From the IMG/VR virus record IMGVR_UViG_2585427725_000003: a DNA stretch of 27,887 nt. One strand, 5' to 3'. Each line of letters opens with the position of its first letter. The first letter of the stretch is position 1. The translations under genes and the position numbers were made by a program. The DNA comes from a virus. Taxonomy: Duplodnaviria > Heunggongvirae > Uroviricota > Caudoviricetes. This document shows positions 1-8,575 of this stretch, piece by piece. A model generated the notes under the pieces. That model had not been told where the DNA came from, made no database searches, and was given only the letters and a program-made list of their open reading frames with translations.

Positions 1-332
1 TTGCGGTAAATCCGGCATGTACAGGATTCATTGTCCTGCTCAAAGTCCATGCCATCAAACTGCTGGTTTTCATTGATGATGCGGGACCAGCCATCAACGC
101 CCACCACCGGAACGATGCCGTTCTGCTTATCAGGGAAGGCGTAAATTTCTTTCGTCCACGGATTAAGGCCGTACTGGTTGGCGACGATCAACAATGCGAT
201 GAACTGCGCATCGCTGGCATCACCTTTAAATGCCGTCTGGCGAAGAGTGGTGATCAGTTCCTGTGGGTCGACAGAATCCATGCCGACACGTTCAGCCAGC
301 TTCCCTGCCAGCGTTGCGAGTGCTGTACTCAT
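1..332 (-). CDS. bet: Red beta single-strand annealing protein Bet, N-terminal part (gene runs off the window start)
   Basis: Minus-strand ATG at 332..330 translates MSTALATLAGKLAERVGMDSVDPQELITTLRQTAFKGDASDAQFIALLIVANQYGLNPWTKEIYAF..., matching lambda Bet as I remember it. Frame stays open to position 1. Immediately upstream of gam, as in lambda. Confidence 0.9.
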   Translation of the reverse strand, partial: MSTALATLAGKLAERVGMDSVDPQELITTLRQTAFKGDASDAQFIALLIVANQYGLNPWTKEIYAFPDKQNGIVPVVGVDGWSRIINENQQFDGMDFEQDNESCTCRIYR

Positions 333-337
333 CCGTT

Positions 338-754
338 TTATACCTCTGAATCAATATCAACCTGGTGGCGGGCAATAGTTTCAACCATGTACCGGATGTG
401 TTCTGCCATGCGCTCCTGAAACTCAACATCGTCATCAAACGCACGGGTAATGGCTTTTTTGCTGGCCCCGTGGCGTTGCAAATGATCGATGCAGAGTGAT
501 TCAAACAGGTGCTGGGGCAGACCTTTTCCCATGTCGTCTGCCAGTTCTGCCTCTTTCTCTTCACGGGCGATCTGCTGGTAGTGACGCGTCCAGCTCTGAG
601 CCTCAAGACGATCCTGAATGTAATAAGCGTTCATGGCTGAACTCCTGAAATAGCTGTGAAAATATCGCCCGCGAAATGCCGGGCTGATTAGGAAAACAGG
701 AAAGGGGGTTAGTGAATGCTTTTGCTTGATCTCAGTTTCAGTATTAATATCCAT
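338..754 (-). CDS. gam: Gam, RecBCD inhibitor (138-aa long form)
   Basis: Track ORF 338..754(-): [55 protein letters not shown]... is near-identical to lambda Gam from memory. Confidence 0.92.
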   Translation of the reverse strand: MDINTETEIKQKHSLTPFPVFLISPAFRGRYFHSYFRSSAMNAYYIQDRLEAQSWTRHYQQIAREEKEAELADDMGKGLPQHLFESLCIDHLQRHGASKKAITRAFDDDVEFQERMAEHIRYMVETIARHQVDIDSEV

Positions 755-852
755 TTTTTATAAGCGTCGACGGCCTCACGAAACATCTTTTCATCGCCAA
801 TAAAAGTGGCGATAGTGAATTTAGTCTGGATAGCCATAAGTGTTTGATCCAT
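709..852 (-). CDS. kil: Kil (host cell-division inhibitor), 47 aa
   Basis: Internal ATG (complement of 850..852) in track ORF 709..978 gives [47 protein letters not shown], matching lambda Kil from memory. Overlaps gam 3' side and cIII, as in lambda. Confidence 0.8.
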   Translation of the reverse strand: MDQTLMAIQTKFTIATFIGDEKMFREAVDAYKKWILILKLRSSKSIH

Positions 853-985
853 TTTTTGGGACTCCTGGCTGATTAAGTATGTCGATAAGGCGTTTCCATC
901 CGTCACGTAATTTACGGGTGATTCGTTCAAGTAAAGATTCGGAAGGGCAGCCAGCAACAGGCCACCCTGCAATGGCATATTGCAT
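821..985 (-). CDS. cIII: cIII (FtsH/HflB inhibitor), 54 aa
   Basis: Minus-strand ATG at 985..983 translates [54 protein letters not shown] then TAA at 823..821. Matches lambda CIII from memory. Not in the ORF track because it is under 60 aa. Confidence 0.85.
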   Translation of the reverse strand: MQYAIAGWPVAGCPSESLLERITRKLRDGWKRLIDILNQPGVPKNGSNTYGYPD

Positions 986-1014
986 GGTGTGCTCCTTATT
1001 TATACATAACGAAA

Positions 1015-1034
1015 AACGCCTCGAGTGAAGCGTT
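1015..1034 (-). terminator. Hairpin plus short T-run on the leftward (pL) transcript between ral and cIII
   Basis: Minus strand reads AACGCTTCAC-TCGAGGCGTT (8-bp stem with one G.U, 4-nt loop) followed by TTTCG. Weak U-tract. Confidence 0.35.
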
Positions 1035-1046
1035 ATTGGTATGCAT

Positions 1047-1072
1047 ATAAAAAGGCCCTCACATTAGAGGGC
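1047..1072 (-). terminator. Putative intrinsic terminator on the leftward transcript
   Basis: Minus strand reads GCCCTC-TAATGT-GAGGGC (perfect 6-bp GC stem) followed by C-TTTTT-A. Confidence 0.45.
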
Positions 1073-1229
1073 AAAGAAGATTTCCAATAATCAGAACAAG
1101 TCGGCTCCTGTTTAGTTACGAGCGACATTGCTCCGTGTATTCACTCGTTGGAATGAATACACAGTGCAGTGTTTATTCTGTTATTTATGCCAAAAATAAA
1201 GGCCACTATCAGGCAGCTTTGTTGTTCTG

Positions 1230-1409
1230 TTAACCAAGTTCTCTGGCAATCATTGCCGTCGTTCGTATTGCCCATTTATCGACATATTTCCCATCTTCCA
1301 TTACAGGAAACATTTCTTCAGGCTTAACCATGCATTCCGATTGCAGCTTGCATCCATTGCATCGCTTGAATTGTCCACACCATTGATTTTTATCAATAGT
1401 CGTAGTCAT
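1230..1409 (-). CDS. ral: Ral (restriction alleviation), 59 aa
   Basis: Minus-strand ATG at 1409..1407 translates MTTTIDKNQWCGQFKRCNGCKLQSECMVKPEEMFPVMEDGKYVDKWAIRTTAMIARELG then TAA. Matches lambda Ral from memory except for a shorter C-terminus. Confidence 0.8.
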   Translation of the reverse strand: MTTTIDKNQWCGQFKRCNGCKLQSECMVKPEEMFPVMEDGKYVDKWAIRTTAMIARELG

Positions 1410-1479
1410 ACGGATAGTCCTGGTATTGTTCCATCACATCCTGAGGATGCTCTTCGAACTCTTCAAATTCTTCTTCCAT
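1393..1479 (-). CDS. Small acidic protein, 28 aa (lambda orf28-like position upstream of ral)
   Basis: Minus-strand ATG at 1479 preceded by GAGGTGA: MEEEFEEFEEHPQDVMEQYQDYPYDYDY. Its stop overlaps the ral start out of frame. Confidence 0.45.
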   Translation of the reverse strand: MEEEFEEFEEHPQDVMEQYQDYPYDYDY

Positions 1480-1533
1480 ATATCACCTCAAATAAGTTGT
1501 TTGCTGCGAAAGTAAATACGCTTAAGTTACCTG

Positions 1534-1671
1534 TTATTTATCCCACCAAGTTCCGTATCTATCTATCCAGTTACACCAATCATCGACACTCCATTTTGTT
1601 GTGTCGCATTTTGGCAACTGGCATGAATATCTACCTTCTTTGTAAAGTCGGCGTTTGACTTTCTTGAGCAT
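1534..1671 (-). CDS. Small basic Cys/Trp-rich protein, 45 aa, unknown function
   Basis: Minus-strand ATG at 1671, 8 nt after the N stop, with GAGGT Shine-Dalgarno overlapping the N stop codon. Translates MLKKVKRRLYKEGRYSCQLPKCDTTKWSVDDWCNWIDRYGTWWDK then TAA at 1536..1534. Confidence 0.4.
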   Translation of the reverse strand: MLKKVKRRLYKEGRYSCQLPKCDTTKWSVDDWCNWIDRYGTWWDK

Positions 1672-1679
1672 GGCTTACC

Positions 1680-2012
1680 TCAATCGTAATAAGCTGGAAT
1701 TGATTTTCCGCGTTGCTTCTGGCGGCCTGAGCAAGTCACACCCATTTCACAGCGTGGCTTGCTGTACCATGTGCGCTGATTCTTGCGCTCAATACGTTGC
1801 AGGTTGCTTTCAATCTGTTCGTGGTATTCAGCCAGCACCGTAAGGTCTATCGGATTCAGTGCGCTTTCTACTCGTGATTTCGGTTTGCGATTCAGCGAGA
1901 GAATAGGGCGGTTAACTGGTTTTGCGCTTACCCCAACCAACAGGGGATTTGCTGCTTTCCATTGAGCCTGTTTCTCTGCGCGACGTTCGCGGCGGCGTGC
2001 TTGCGCATCCAT
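1680..2012 (-). CDS. N: Antiterminator N
   Basis: Track ORF 1680..2102(-); internal ATG at 2012 gives MDAQARRRERRAEKQAQWKAANPLLVGVSAKPVNRPILSLNRKPKSRVESALNPIDLTVLAEYHEQIESNLQRIERKNQRTWYSKP..., lambda N-like with a divergent C-terminus. The upstream in-frame extension would run through nutL, so it is not used. Confidence 0.88.
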   Translation of the reverse strand: MDAQARRRERRAEKQAQWKAANPLLVGVSAKPVNRPILSLNRKPKSRVESALNPIDLTVLAEYHEQIESNLQRIERKNQRTWYSKPRCEMGVTCSGRQKQRGKSIPAYYD

Positions 2013-2122
2013 CTGGATTCTCCTGTCAGTTAGCTTTGAGTAACGCGCCGTGATGCTTATCTCCACGGTTGCTGTCTTGCAGCTGCATTTCGCGCTACTC
2101 AAAGCCTTCTGCTTTGAATGCT

Positions 2123-2153
2123 GCCCTTCTTCAGGGCTAAATTTTTAAGAGCC
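2123..2153 (-). promoter_or_regulatory. nutL: nutL (boxA plus boxB hairpin)
   Basis: Minus strand reads GGCTCTTAAAAATTTA-GCCCTGAAGAAGGGC: boxA-like CTCTTAA, then boxB stem GCCCT / AGGGC with loop GAAGA, upstream of N. Confidence 0.8.
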
Positions 2154-2197
2154 TCACCTTCATGGTGGTCAGTGCGTCCTGCTGATGGCTTAAAATT

Positions 2198-2266
2198 ACA
2201 AGAAAGATTGTATGTTGTAAACAAGAAATATTGTAAAAAAGGGGCGTGAAAAACAAACTCCATTGT
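2198..2266. promoter_or_regulatory. Left operator region (OL) with three 434-type operators; pL expected to overlap
   Basis: Three 14-bp ACAA-N6-TTGT sites: ACAAGAAAGATTGT (2198..2211), ACAAGAAATATTGT (2221..2234), ACAAACTCCATTGT (2253..2266). Confidence 0.7.
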
Positions 2267-2315
2267 TTTTAAATGAAAAATAGTTTGTTTTTGGTTATCG
2301 AGATTGAGGTGGGGA

Positions 2316-3668
<1,353 letters not shown>

Positions 3669-3676
3669 GACATTCC

Positions 3677-3708
3677 CGCTCTTACACATCCCAGCCCTGA
3701 AAAAGGGC
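3677..3708 (+). promoter_or_regulatory. nutR: nutR (boxA CGCTCTTACA plus boxB GCCCTGAAAAAGGGC)
   Basis: Sequence CGCTCTTACACATCCCAGCCCTGAAAAAGGGC read directly; identical in form to lambda nutR. Confidence 0.85.
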
Positions 3709-3720
3709 ATCAAATTAAAC

Positions 3721-3770
3721 CACACCTATGGTGTATGCATTTATTTGCATACATTCAATCAATTGTTATC
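3721..3770 (+). terminator. tR1-like (rho-dependent terminator region) between cro and cII
   Basis: CCACACCTATGGTGTATGCATTTATTTGCATACATTCAATCAATTGTTATC matches the lambda tR1 region as I recall it. No intrinsic-terminator structure expected. Confidence 0.45.
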
Positions 3771-3787
3771 TAAGGAAATACTTACAT

Positions 3788-4081
3788 ATGGTTCGTGCAA
3801 ACAAACGCAACGAGGCTCTACGAATCGAGAGTGCGTTGCTTAACAAAATCGCAATGCTTGGAACTGAGAAGACAGCGGAAGCTGTGGGAGTTGATAAGTC
3901 GCAGATCAGCAGGTGGAAGAGAGACTGGATTCCAAAGTTCTCAATGCTGCTTGCTGTTCTTGAATGGGGGGTCGTTGACGACGACATGGCTCGATTGGCG
4001 CGACAAGTTGCTGCGATTCTCACCAATAAAAAACGCCCGGCGGCAACCGAGCGTTCTGAACAAATCCAGATGGAGTTCTGA
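3788..4081 (+). CDS. cII: Transcriptional activator cII
   Basis: ATG at 3788: MVRANKRNEALRIESALLNKIAMLGTEKTAEAVGVDKSQISRWKRDWIPKFSMLLAVLEWGVVDDDMARLARQVAAILTNKKRPAATERSEQIQMEF, lambda CII-like. Confidence 0.92.
   Translation: MVRANKRNEALRIESALLNKIAMLGTEKTAEAVGVDKSQISRWKRDWIPKFSMLLAVLEWGVVDDDMARLARQVAAILTNKKRPAATERSEQIQMEF
3797..3810 (-). promoter_or_regulatory. cII-binding repeats of pRE (TTGC-N6-TTGC)
   Basis: Minus strand reads TTGCGTTTGTTTGC, overlapping the cII 5' end as in lambda pRE. Confidence 0.55.
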
Positions 4082-4103
4082 GGTCATTACTGGATCTATC
4101 AAC
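4027..4103 (-). ncRNA. oop: oop antisense RNA
   Basis: Minus strand reads GTTGATAGATCCAGTAATGACCTCAGAACTCCATCTGGATTTGTTCAGAACGCTCGGTTGCCGCCGGGCGTTTTTTATT: GC hairpin plus U-tract, antisense to the cII 3' end. Matches lambda oop from memory. Confidence 0.75.
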
Positions 4104-4113
4104 AGGAGTCATT

Positions 4114-5013
4114 ATGACAAATACAGCAAAAATACTCAACTTCGGCAGAGGTAACTTTGCCGGACAGGAGCGTAATGTGGCAGATCTCGATGATGGTTAC
4201 GCCAGACTATCAAATATGCTGCTTGAGGCTTATTCGGGCGCAGATCTGACCAAGCGACAGTTTAAAGTGCTGCTTGCCATTCTGCGTAAAACCTATGGGT
4301 GGAATAAACCAATGGACAGAATCACCGATTCTCAACTTAGCGAGATTACAAAGTTACCTGTCAAACGGTGCAATGAAGCCAAGTTAGAACTCGTCAGAAT
4401 GAATATTATCAAGCAGCAAGGCGGCATGTTTGGACCAAATAAAAACATCTCAGAATGGTGTATCCCTCAAAACGAGGGAAAATCCCCTAAAACGAGGGAT
4501 AAAACATCCCTCAAATTGGGGGATTGCTATCCCTCAAAACAGGGGGACACAAAAGACACTATTACAAAAGAAAAAAGAAAAGATTATTCGTCCGAGAATT
4601 CTGGCGAATCCTCTGACCAGCCAGAAAACGATCTTTCTGTGGTTAAACCGGATGCTGCAATTCAGAGCGGCAGCAAGTGGGGAACAGCAGAAGACCTGAC
4701 CGCCGCAGAGTGGATGTTTGACATGGTGAAGACCATCGCGCCATCAGCCAGAAAACCGAATTTTGCTGGGTGGGCTAACGATATCCGCCTGATGCGTGAA
4801 CGTGACGGACGTAACCACCGCGATATGTGTGTGCTTTTCCGCTGGGCCTGCCAGGACAACTTCTGGTCCGGTAACGTGCTGAGTCCGGCCAAACTCCGCG
4901 ACAAGTGGACCCAGCTCGAAATCAACCGTAACAAGCAACAGGCAGGCGTGACAGCCAGCAAACCAAAACTCGACCTGACAAACACTGACTGGATTTACGG
5001 GGTGGATTTATGA
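4114..5013 (+). CDS. O: Replication initiator O
   Basis: Track ORF 4114..5013, 299 aa, MTNTAKILNFGRGNFAGQERNVADLDDGYARLSNMLLEAYSG..., lambda O-like. Contains the ori iterons. Confidence 0.93.
   Translation: MTNTAKILNFGRGNFAGQERNVADLDDGYARLSNMLLEAYSGADLTKRQFKVLLAILRKTYGWNKPMDRITDSQLSEITKLPVKRCNEAKLELVRMNIIKQQGGMFGPNKNISEWCIPQNEGKSPKTRDKTSLKLGDCYPSKQGDTKDTITKEKRKDYSSENSGESSDQPENDLSVVKPDAAIQSGSKWGTAEDLTAAEWMFDMVKTIAPSARKPNFAGWANDIRLMRERDGRNHRDMCVLFRWACQDNFWSGNVLSPAKLRDKWTQLEINRNKQQAGVTASKPKLDLTNTDWIYGVDL
4462..4590. repeat. ori-lambda: four ~18-bp iterons plus AT-rich tract, inside O
   Basis: ATCCCTCAAAACGAGGGA, ATCCCCTAAAACGAGGGAT, ATCCCTCAAATTGGGGGAT, ATCCCTCAAAACAGGGGGA, followed by AAAAGACACTATTACAAAAGAAAAAAGAAAAGATTATTCG. 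Confidence 0.88.
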
Positions 5014-5711
5014 AAAACATCGCCGCACAGATGGTTAACTTTGACCGTGAGCAGATGCGTCGGATCGCCAACAACATGCCGGAACAGTACGACGAAAAGC
5101 CGCAGGTACAACAGGTAGCGCAGATCATCAATGGTGTGTTCAGCCAGTTACTGGCAACTTTCCCGGCGAGCCTGGCTAACCGGGACCAGAACGAACTGAA
5201 CGAAATCCGCCGCCAGTGGGTGCTGGCTTTCCGGGAAAACGGGATCACCACAATGGAACAGGTTAACGCAGGAATGCGCGTAGCCCGTCGGCAGAATCGA
5301 CCATTTCTGCCATCACCCGGGCAGTTTGTTGCATGGTGCCGGGAAGAAGCATCCGTTATCGCCGGACTGCCAAACGTCAGCGAGCTGGTTGATATGGTTT
5401 ACGAGTATTGCCGGAAGCGAGGCCTGTATCCGGATGCGGAGTCTTATCCGTGGAAATCAAACGCGCACTACTGGCTGGTTACCAACCTGTATCAGAACAT
5501 GCGGGCCAATGCGCTTACTGATGCGGAATTACGCCGTAAGGCCGCAGATGAGCTTGTCCATATGACTGCGAGAATTAACCATGGTGAGGCGATCCCTGAA
5601 CCAGTAAAACAACTTCCTGTCATGGGCGGTAGACCTCTAAATCGTGCACAGGCTCTGGCGAAGATCGCAGAAATCAAAGCTAAGTTCGGACTGAAAGGAG
5701 CAAGTGTATGA
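5010..5711 (+). CDS. P: Replication protein P (DnaB helicase loader)
   Basis: Track ORF, 233 aa, MKNIAAQMVNFDREQMRRIANNMPEQYDEKPQVQQVAQII..., lambda P-like. ATGA overlap with O. Confidence 0.93.
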   Translation: MKNIAAQMVNFDREQMRRIANNMPEQYDEKPQVQQVAQIINGVFSQLLATFPASLANRDQNELNEIRRQWVLAFRENGITTMEQVNAGMRVARRQNRPFLPSPGQFVAWCREEASVIAGLPNVSELVDMVYEYCRKRGLYPDAESYPWKSNAHYWLVTNLYQNMRANALTDAELRRKAADELVHMTARINHGEAIPEPVKQLPVMGGRPLNRAQALAKIAEIKAKFGLKGASV

Positions 5712-5998
5712 CGGGCAAAGAGGCAATTATTCATTACCTGGGGACGCATAATAGCTTCTGTGCGCCGGACGTTGCCGCGCTAACAGGCGCAACAGTAACC
5801 AGCATAAATCAGGCCGCGGCTAAAATGGCACGGGCAGGTCTTCTGGTTATCGAAGGTAAGGTCTGGCGAACGGTGTATTACCGGTTTGCTACCAGGGAAG
5901 AACGGGAAGGAAAGATGAGCACGAACCTGATTTTTAAGGAGTGTCGCCAGAGTGCCGCGATGAAACGGGTATTGGCGGTATATGGAGTTAAAAGATGA
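5708..5998 (+). CDS. ren: Ren
   Basis: Track ORF, 96 aa, MTGKEAIIHYLGTHNSFCAPDVAALTGATVTSINQAAAKMARAGLLVIEGKVWRTVYYRF..., lambda Ren-like. Overlaps the P stop. Confidence 0.85.
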   Translation: MTGKEAIIHYLGTHNSFCAPDVAALTGATVTSINQAAAKMARAGLLVIEGKVWRTVYYRFATREEREGKMSTNLIFKECRQSAAMKRVLAVYGVKR

Positions 5999-6023
5999 CC
6001 ATCTACATCACTGAGCTAATAAC

Positions 6024-6055
6024 AGGCCTGCTGGTAATCGCAGGCCTTTTTATTT
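6024..6055 (+). terminator. Intrinsic terminator between ren and ninB (tR2-like position)
   Basis: AGGCCTGC-TGGTAATC-GCAGGCCT (perfect 8-bp stem) followed by TTTTATTT. Confidence 0.6.
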
Positions 6056-6071
6056 GGGGGAGAGGGAAGTC

Positions 6072-6512
6072 ATGAAAAAACTAACCTTTGAAATTCGATC
6101 TCCAGCACATCAGCAAAACGCTATTCACGCGGTACAGCAAATTCTTCCAGACCCAACCAAACCAATCGTAGTAACCATTCAGGAACGCAACCGCAGCTTA
6201 GACCAGAATCGAAAGCTTTGGGCTTGCCTTGGTGACGTCTCTCGTCAGGTTGAATGGCATGGTCGCTGGCTGGATGCAGAAAGCTGGAAGTGTGTGTTTA
6301 CCGCAGCATTAAAGCAGCAGGATGTTGTTCCTAACCTTGCCGGGAATGGCTTTGTGGTAATAGGCCAGTCAACCAGCAGGATGCGTGTAAGCGAATTTGC
6401 GGAGCTATTAGAGCTTATACAGGCATTCGGTACAGAGCGTGGCGTTAAGTGGTCGGACGAAGCGCGACTGGCTCTCGAATGGAAAGCGCGATGGGGAGAC
6501 AGGGCGGCATGA
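6072..6512 (+). CDS. ninB: NinB (Orf-family recombination mediator)
   Basis: ATG at 6072 after GGGAGAGGGAAG: [56 protein letters not shown]..., lambda NinB-like. The track start at 6054 is a TTG. Confidence 0.88.
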   Translation: MKKLTFEIRSPAHQQNAIHAVQQILPDPTKPIVVTIQERNRSLDQNRKLWACLGDVSRQVEWHGRWLDAESWKCVFTAALKQQDVVPNLAGNGFVVIGQSTSRMRVSEFAELLELIQAFGTERGVKWSDEARLALEWKARWGDRAA

Positions 6513-6691
6513 GACGACAGCGACGAAGTATCACCGACATCATCTGCGAAAACTGCAAATACCTTCCAACGAAACGCTCCAGAAATAAACGCAAGCCAAT
6601 CCCAAAAGAATCTGACGTAAAAACCTTCAACTACACGGCTCACCTGTGGGATATCCGGTGGCTAAGACATCGTGCGAGGAATACAAGGTGA
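6509..6691 (+). CDS. ninE: NinE-like small basic protein (60 aa)
   Basis: ATG at 6509 overlapping the ninB stop (ATGA): [60 protein letters not shown]. Assigned as NinE from memory; the ninD versus ninE label is uncertain. No ninC-sized ORF lies between ninB and this gene. Confidence 0.65.
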   Translation: MRRQRRSITDIICENCKYLPTKRSRNKRKPIPKESDVKTFNYTAHLWDIRWLRHRARNTR

Positions 6692-6858
6692 TTGACCCAA
6701 ATCGAAGTTACGAACAAGAAAGCGTCGAGCGGGCTTTAACGTGCGCTAATTGCGGTCAGAAGCTGCATGTGCTGGAAGTTCACGTGTGTGAGTACTGCTG
6801 TGCAGAGCTGATGAGCGATTCGAATAGCTCGATGCACGAGGAAGAAGATGATGGCTAA
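6688..6858 (+). CDS. ninF: NinF-like Cys-rich protein
   Basis: GTG at 6688 (GAGGA 7 nt upstream, GTGA overlap with previous stop): [56 protein letters not shown]. The track gives a longer GTG-initiated frame from 6646. Confidence 0.65.
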   Translation: MIDPNRSYEQESVERALTCANCGQKLHVLEVHVCEYCCAELMSDSNSSMHEEEDDG

Positions 6859-7462
6859 ACCAGCGCGAAGACGATGTAAAAACGATGAATGTCGGGAATG
6901 GTTTCACCCTGCATTCGCTAATCAGTGGTGGTGCTCTCCAGAGTGTGGAACCAAGATAGCACTCGAACGACGAAGTAAAGAACGCGAAAAAGCGGAAAAA
7001 GCAGCAGAGAAGAAACGACGACGAGAGGAGCAGAAACAGAAAGATAAACTTAAGATTAGAAAACTCGCCTTAAAGCCCCGCAGTTACTGGATTAAACAAC
7101 CCCAAAAAGCCGTAAACGCCTTCATCAGAGAAAGAGACCGCGACTTACCATGTATCTCTTGCGGAACGCTCACGTCTGCTCAGTGGGATGCCGGACATTA
7201 CCGGACAACTGCTGCGGCACCTCAACTCCGATTTGATGAACGCAATATTCACAAGCAATGCGTGGTGTGCAACCAGCACAAAAGCGGAAATCTCGTTCCG
7301 TATCGCGTCGAACTGATTAGCCGCATCGGGCAGGAAGCAGTAGACGAAATCGAATCAAACCATAACCGCCATCGCTGGACTGTCGAAGAGTGCAGGGCCA
7401 TCAAGGCGGAGTATCAGCAGAAACTCAAAGACCTGCGAAACAGCAGAAGTGAGGCCGCATGA
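6848..7462 (+). CDS. ninG: NinG / Rap (recombination endonuclease)
   Basis: Track ORF, 204 aa, [46 protein letters not shown]..., lambda NinG-like. Confidence 0.88.
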   Translation: MMAKPARRRCKNDECREWFHPAFANQWWCSPECGTKIALERRSKEREKAEKAAEKKRRREEQKQKDKLKIRKLALKPRSYWIKQPQKAVNAFIRERDRDLPCISCGTLTSAQWDAGHYRTTAAAPQLRFDERNIHKQCVVCNQHKSGNLVPYRVELISRIGQEAVDEIESNHNRHRWTVEECRAIKAEYQQKLKDLRNSRSEAA

Positions 7463-7505
7463 CGTTCTCAGTAAAAACCATTCCAGATCACAAGGGAGAA
7501 GGCGC

Positions 7506-7994
7506 ATGGGCATAAGAGAACTAAACCTCACCAAAGAACAGCACGAGTGGCTGAATGGCTGGCTTGAACTGTGGGGCGCATGGGTTTATTCAGGTCGTCT
7601 GGAAAAGCGCATGAGCAGCGTAATAGCTAAGTTCATGGAGAGCGTAGAGCCGGGAAGAGTTATGACAAGGCCAATGTGTAATGATGATGATGGAATGTTG
7701 ATTTCTCAGGTCGTCGATTCCGTCATGTACATTGACAAGAAAGCCTTTGGCATCCTCCTCAGCTACTACGCCCACGGCTCTTCCAAGCACGCCATTGCAT
7801 CTTACTATCATCGCGTCGCAAGACCTCGCAAGATGTTATGCCGGGGCGGCGGGCGCATTCAAAAACCATCGCTCGCAACCTGTCGACGGGAAGTTGACGA
7901 AATCCTCAATGCCTCGTTGTTTATGATTTACCCGGTTCTGGATAGTGCGTTTAAAAACCGGAAACGTGTAGAGAAAATTAAACATGTAGCATAG
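7506..7994 (+). CDS. Q: Late-gene antiterminator Q (non-lambda allele, 162 aa)
   Basis: ATG at 7506 after AAGGGAGAAGG: MGIRELNLTKEQHEWLNGWLELWGAWVYSGRLEKRMSS... Sits between ninG and the lysis genes and is unlike lambda Q as I remember it. Resembles short Q proteins of other lambdoid phages. No ninH/ninI-sized ORFs between ninG and Q. Confidence 0.7.
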   Translation: MGIRELNLTKEQHEWLNGWLELWGAWVYSGRLEKRMSSVIAKFMESVEPGRVMTRPMCNDDDGMLISQVVDSVMYIDKKAFGILLSYYAHGSSKHAIASYYHRVARPRKMLCRGGGRIQKPSLATCRREVDEILNASLFMIYPVLDSAFKNRKRVEKIKHVA

Positions 7995-8000
7995 AACGTG

Positions 8001-8030
8001 TTGACATCATTGAGCAAATGAGCAACACTA
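8001..8030 (+). promoter_or_regulatory. Candidate late promoter pR' / Q-utilisation region
   Basis: TTGACA at 8001..8006, 7 nt after the Q stop; -10 not convincing (CACTAT-like). Positional argument only. Confidence 0.3.
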
Positions 8031-8043
8031 TTCGCATAAGCTG

Positions 8044-8081
8044 CCGTTAGTGACTCTTAAGTTGCAACGGTGGCTTTTTTT
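8044..8081 (+). terminator. Candidate tR'-like terminator (weak stem, strong T-run)
   Basis: CCGTT...AACGG stem with long loop, then TGGC-TTTTTTT at 8075..8081, just before the tRNA genes. Confidence 0.3.
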
Positions 8082-8085
8082 ATTT

Positions 8086-8160
8086 GGGTCAGTCGTATAA
8101 AGGTCATTACGGAAGGCTGTTAACCTTCTTATCGTGGTTCGAGTCCACGCTGTCCCGCCA
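8086..8160 (+). tRNA. tRNA-like gene, anticodon GTT (Asn), 75 nt, slightly non-canonical
   Basis: Hand-folded cloverleaf: acceptor GGGTCAG/CTGTCCC (one U-U mismatch), perfect anticodon stem GAAGG/CCTTC with loop CTGTTAA, T-arm CGTGG-TTCGAGT-CCACG, discriminator G plus CCA. D-stem only 3 bp. Confidence 0.55.
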
Positions 8161-8165
8161 AATAT

Positions 8166-8241
8166 GCTGGTTTAGCTCCAATGGTAGAGCGGTCGCCTTG
8201 TAAGCGAATGGGTAGCGGTTCAAGTCCGTTAACCAGCACCA
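8166..8241 (+). tRNA. tRNA-Thr (anticodon TGT), 76 nt
   Basis: Hand-folded: acceptor GCTGGTT/AACCAGC (7/7), D-arm GCTC-CAATGGTA-GAGC, anticodon loop CTTGTAA, T-arm AGCGG-TTCAAGT-CCGTT, discriminator A plus CCA. Confidence 0.75.
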
Positions 8242-8359
8242 TAACTGAGCCGTAGCCACTGGATGTCCTGAATTCATCAGTGATAGTTATGCTGCGGTCT
8301 TCTTTTTCTCCCTTCCCAATATAAGAACTACGCAATCCGTTACTGGCGGAGGCGTTGCT

Positions 8360-8575
8360 ATGAAATCAATGGACAAAATCTCAACTGGCATTGCCTACGG
8401 AACATCCGCTGGTAGTGCGGGATACTGGTTTTTGCAGTGGTTGGATCAGGTCAGTCCATCACAGTGGGCTGCGATTGGGGTGCTTGGAAGCCTTGTGTTG
8501 GGCTTTCTCACCTATCTGACAAATCTGTACTTCAAAATCAGAGAAGACAGAAGAAAGGCTGCGAGAGGTGAATAA
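8360..8575 (+). CDS. S: Holin S, phage-21 pinholin type with dual start (Met1 antiholin / Met4 holin)
   Basis: GGCGGAGG then ATG at 8360: [71 protein letters not shown]. Second in-frame ATG at 8369. Matches S21 from memory. Confidence 0.88.
   Translation: MKSMDKISTGIAYGTSAGSAGYWFLQWLDQVSPSQWAAIGVLGSLVLGFLTYLTNLYFKIREDRRKAARGE

Noticed and set aside
1341-1658. Plus-strand 105-aa track ORF (MQLASIASLELSTPLIF...)
   Set aside because: Lies antisense to ral, the 28-aa ORF and the N-coupled small ORF. No RBS and compositionally odd. Treated as a shadow ORF.
1680-2102. Full 140-aa track ORF as N
   Set aside because: The upstream extension would run through nutL and toward the operators. The internal ATG at 2012 gives the canonical N N-terminus (MDAQARRRERRAEKQAQ).
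3766-4154. Alternative-frame ORFs overlapping cII (3795..4154 plus, 3766..4026 minus)
   Set aside because: cII is confidently identified in its own frame. The overlapped region is accounted for by cII, oop RNA and the O start.
4462-4547. Regularly spaced ~18-bp direct repeats considered as a possible CRISPR-like array
   Set aside because: They are the four ori-lambda iterons inside gene O, followed by the AT-rich unwinding tract. No leader, no unique spacers.
8086-8241. tRNAs as the ileZ-argN-argO set typical of Stx prophages
   Set aside because: Only two genes, with anticodons GTT and TGT by hand-folding. No third tRNA and no stx-like ORF downstream.
8129-8335. Minus-strand 68-aa ORF between Q and S
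   Set aside because: Overlaps both tRNA genes antisense. The tRNA cloverleaves explain the region.
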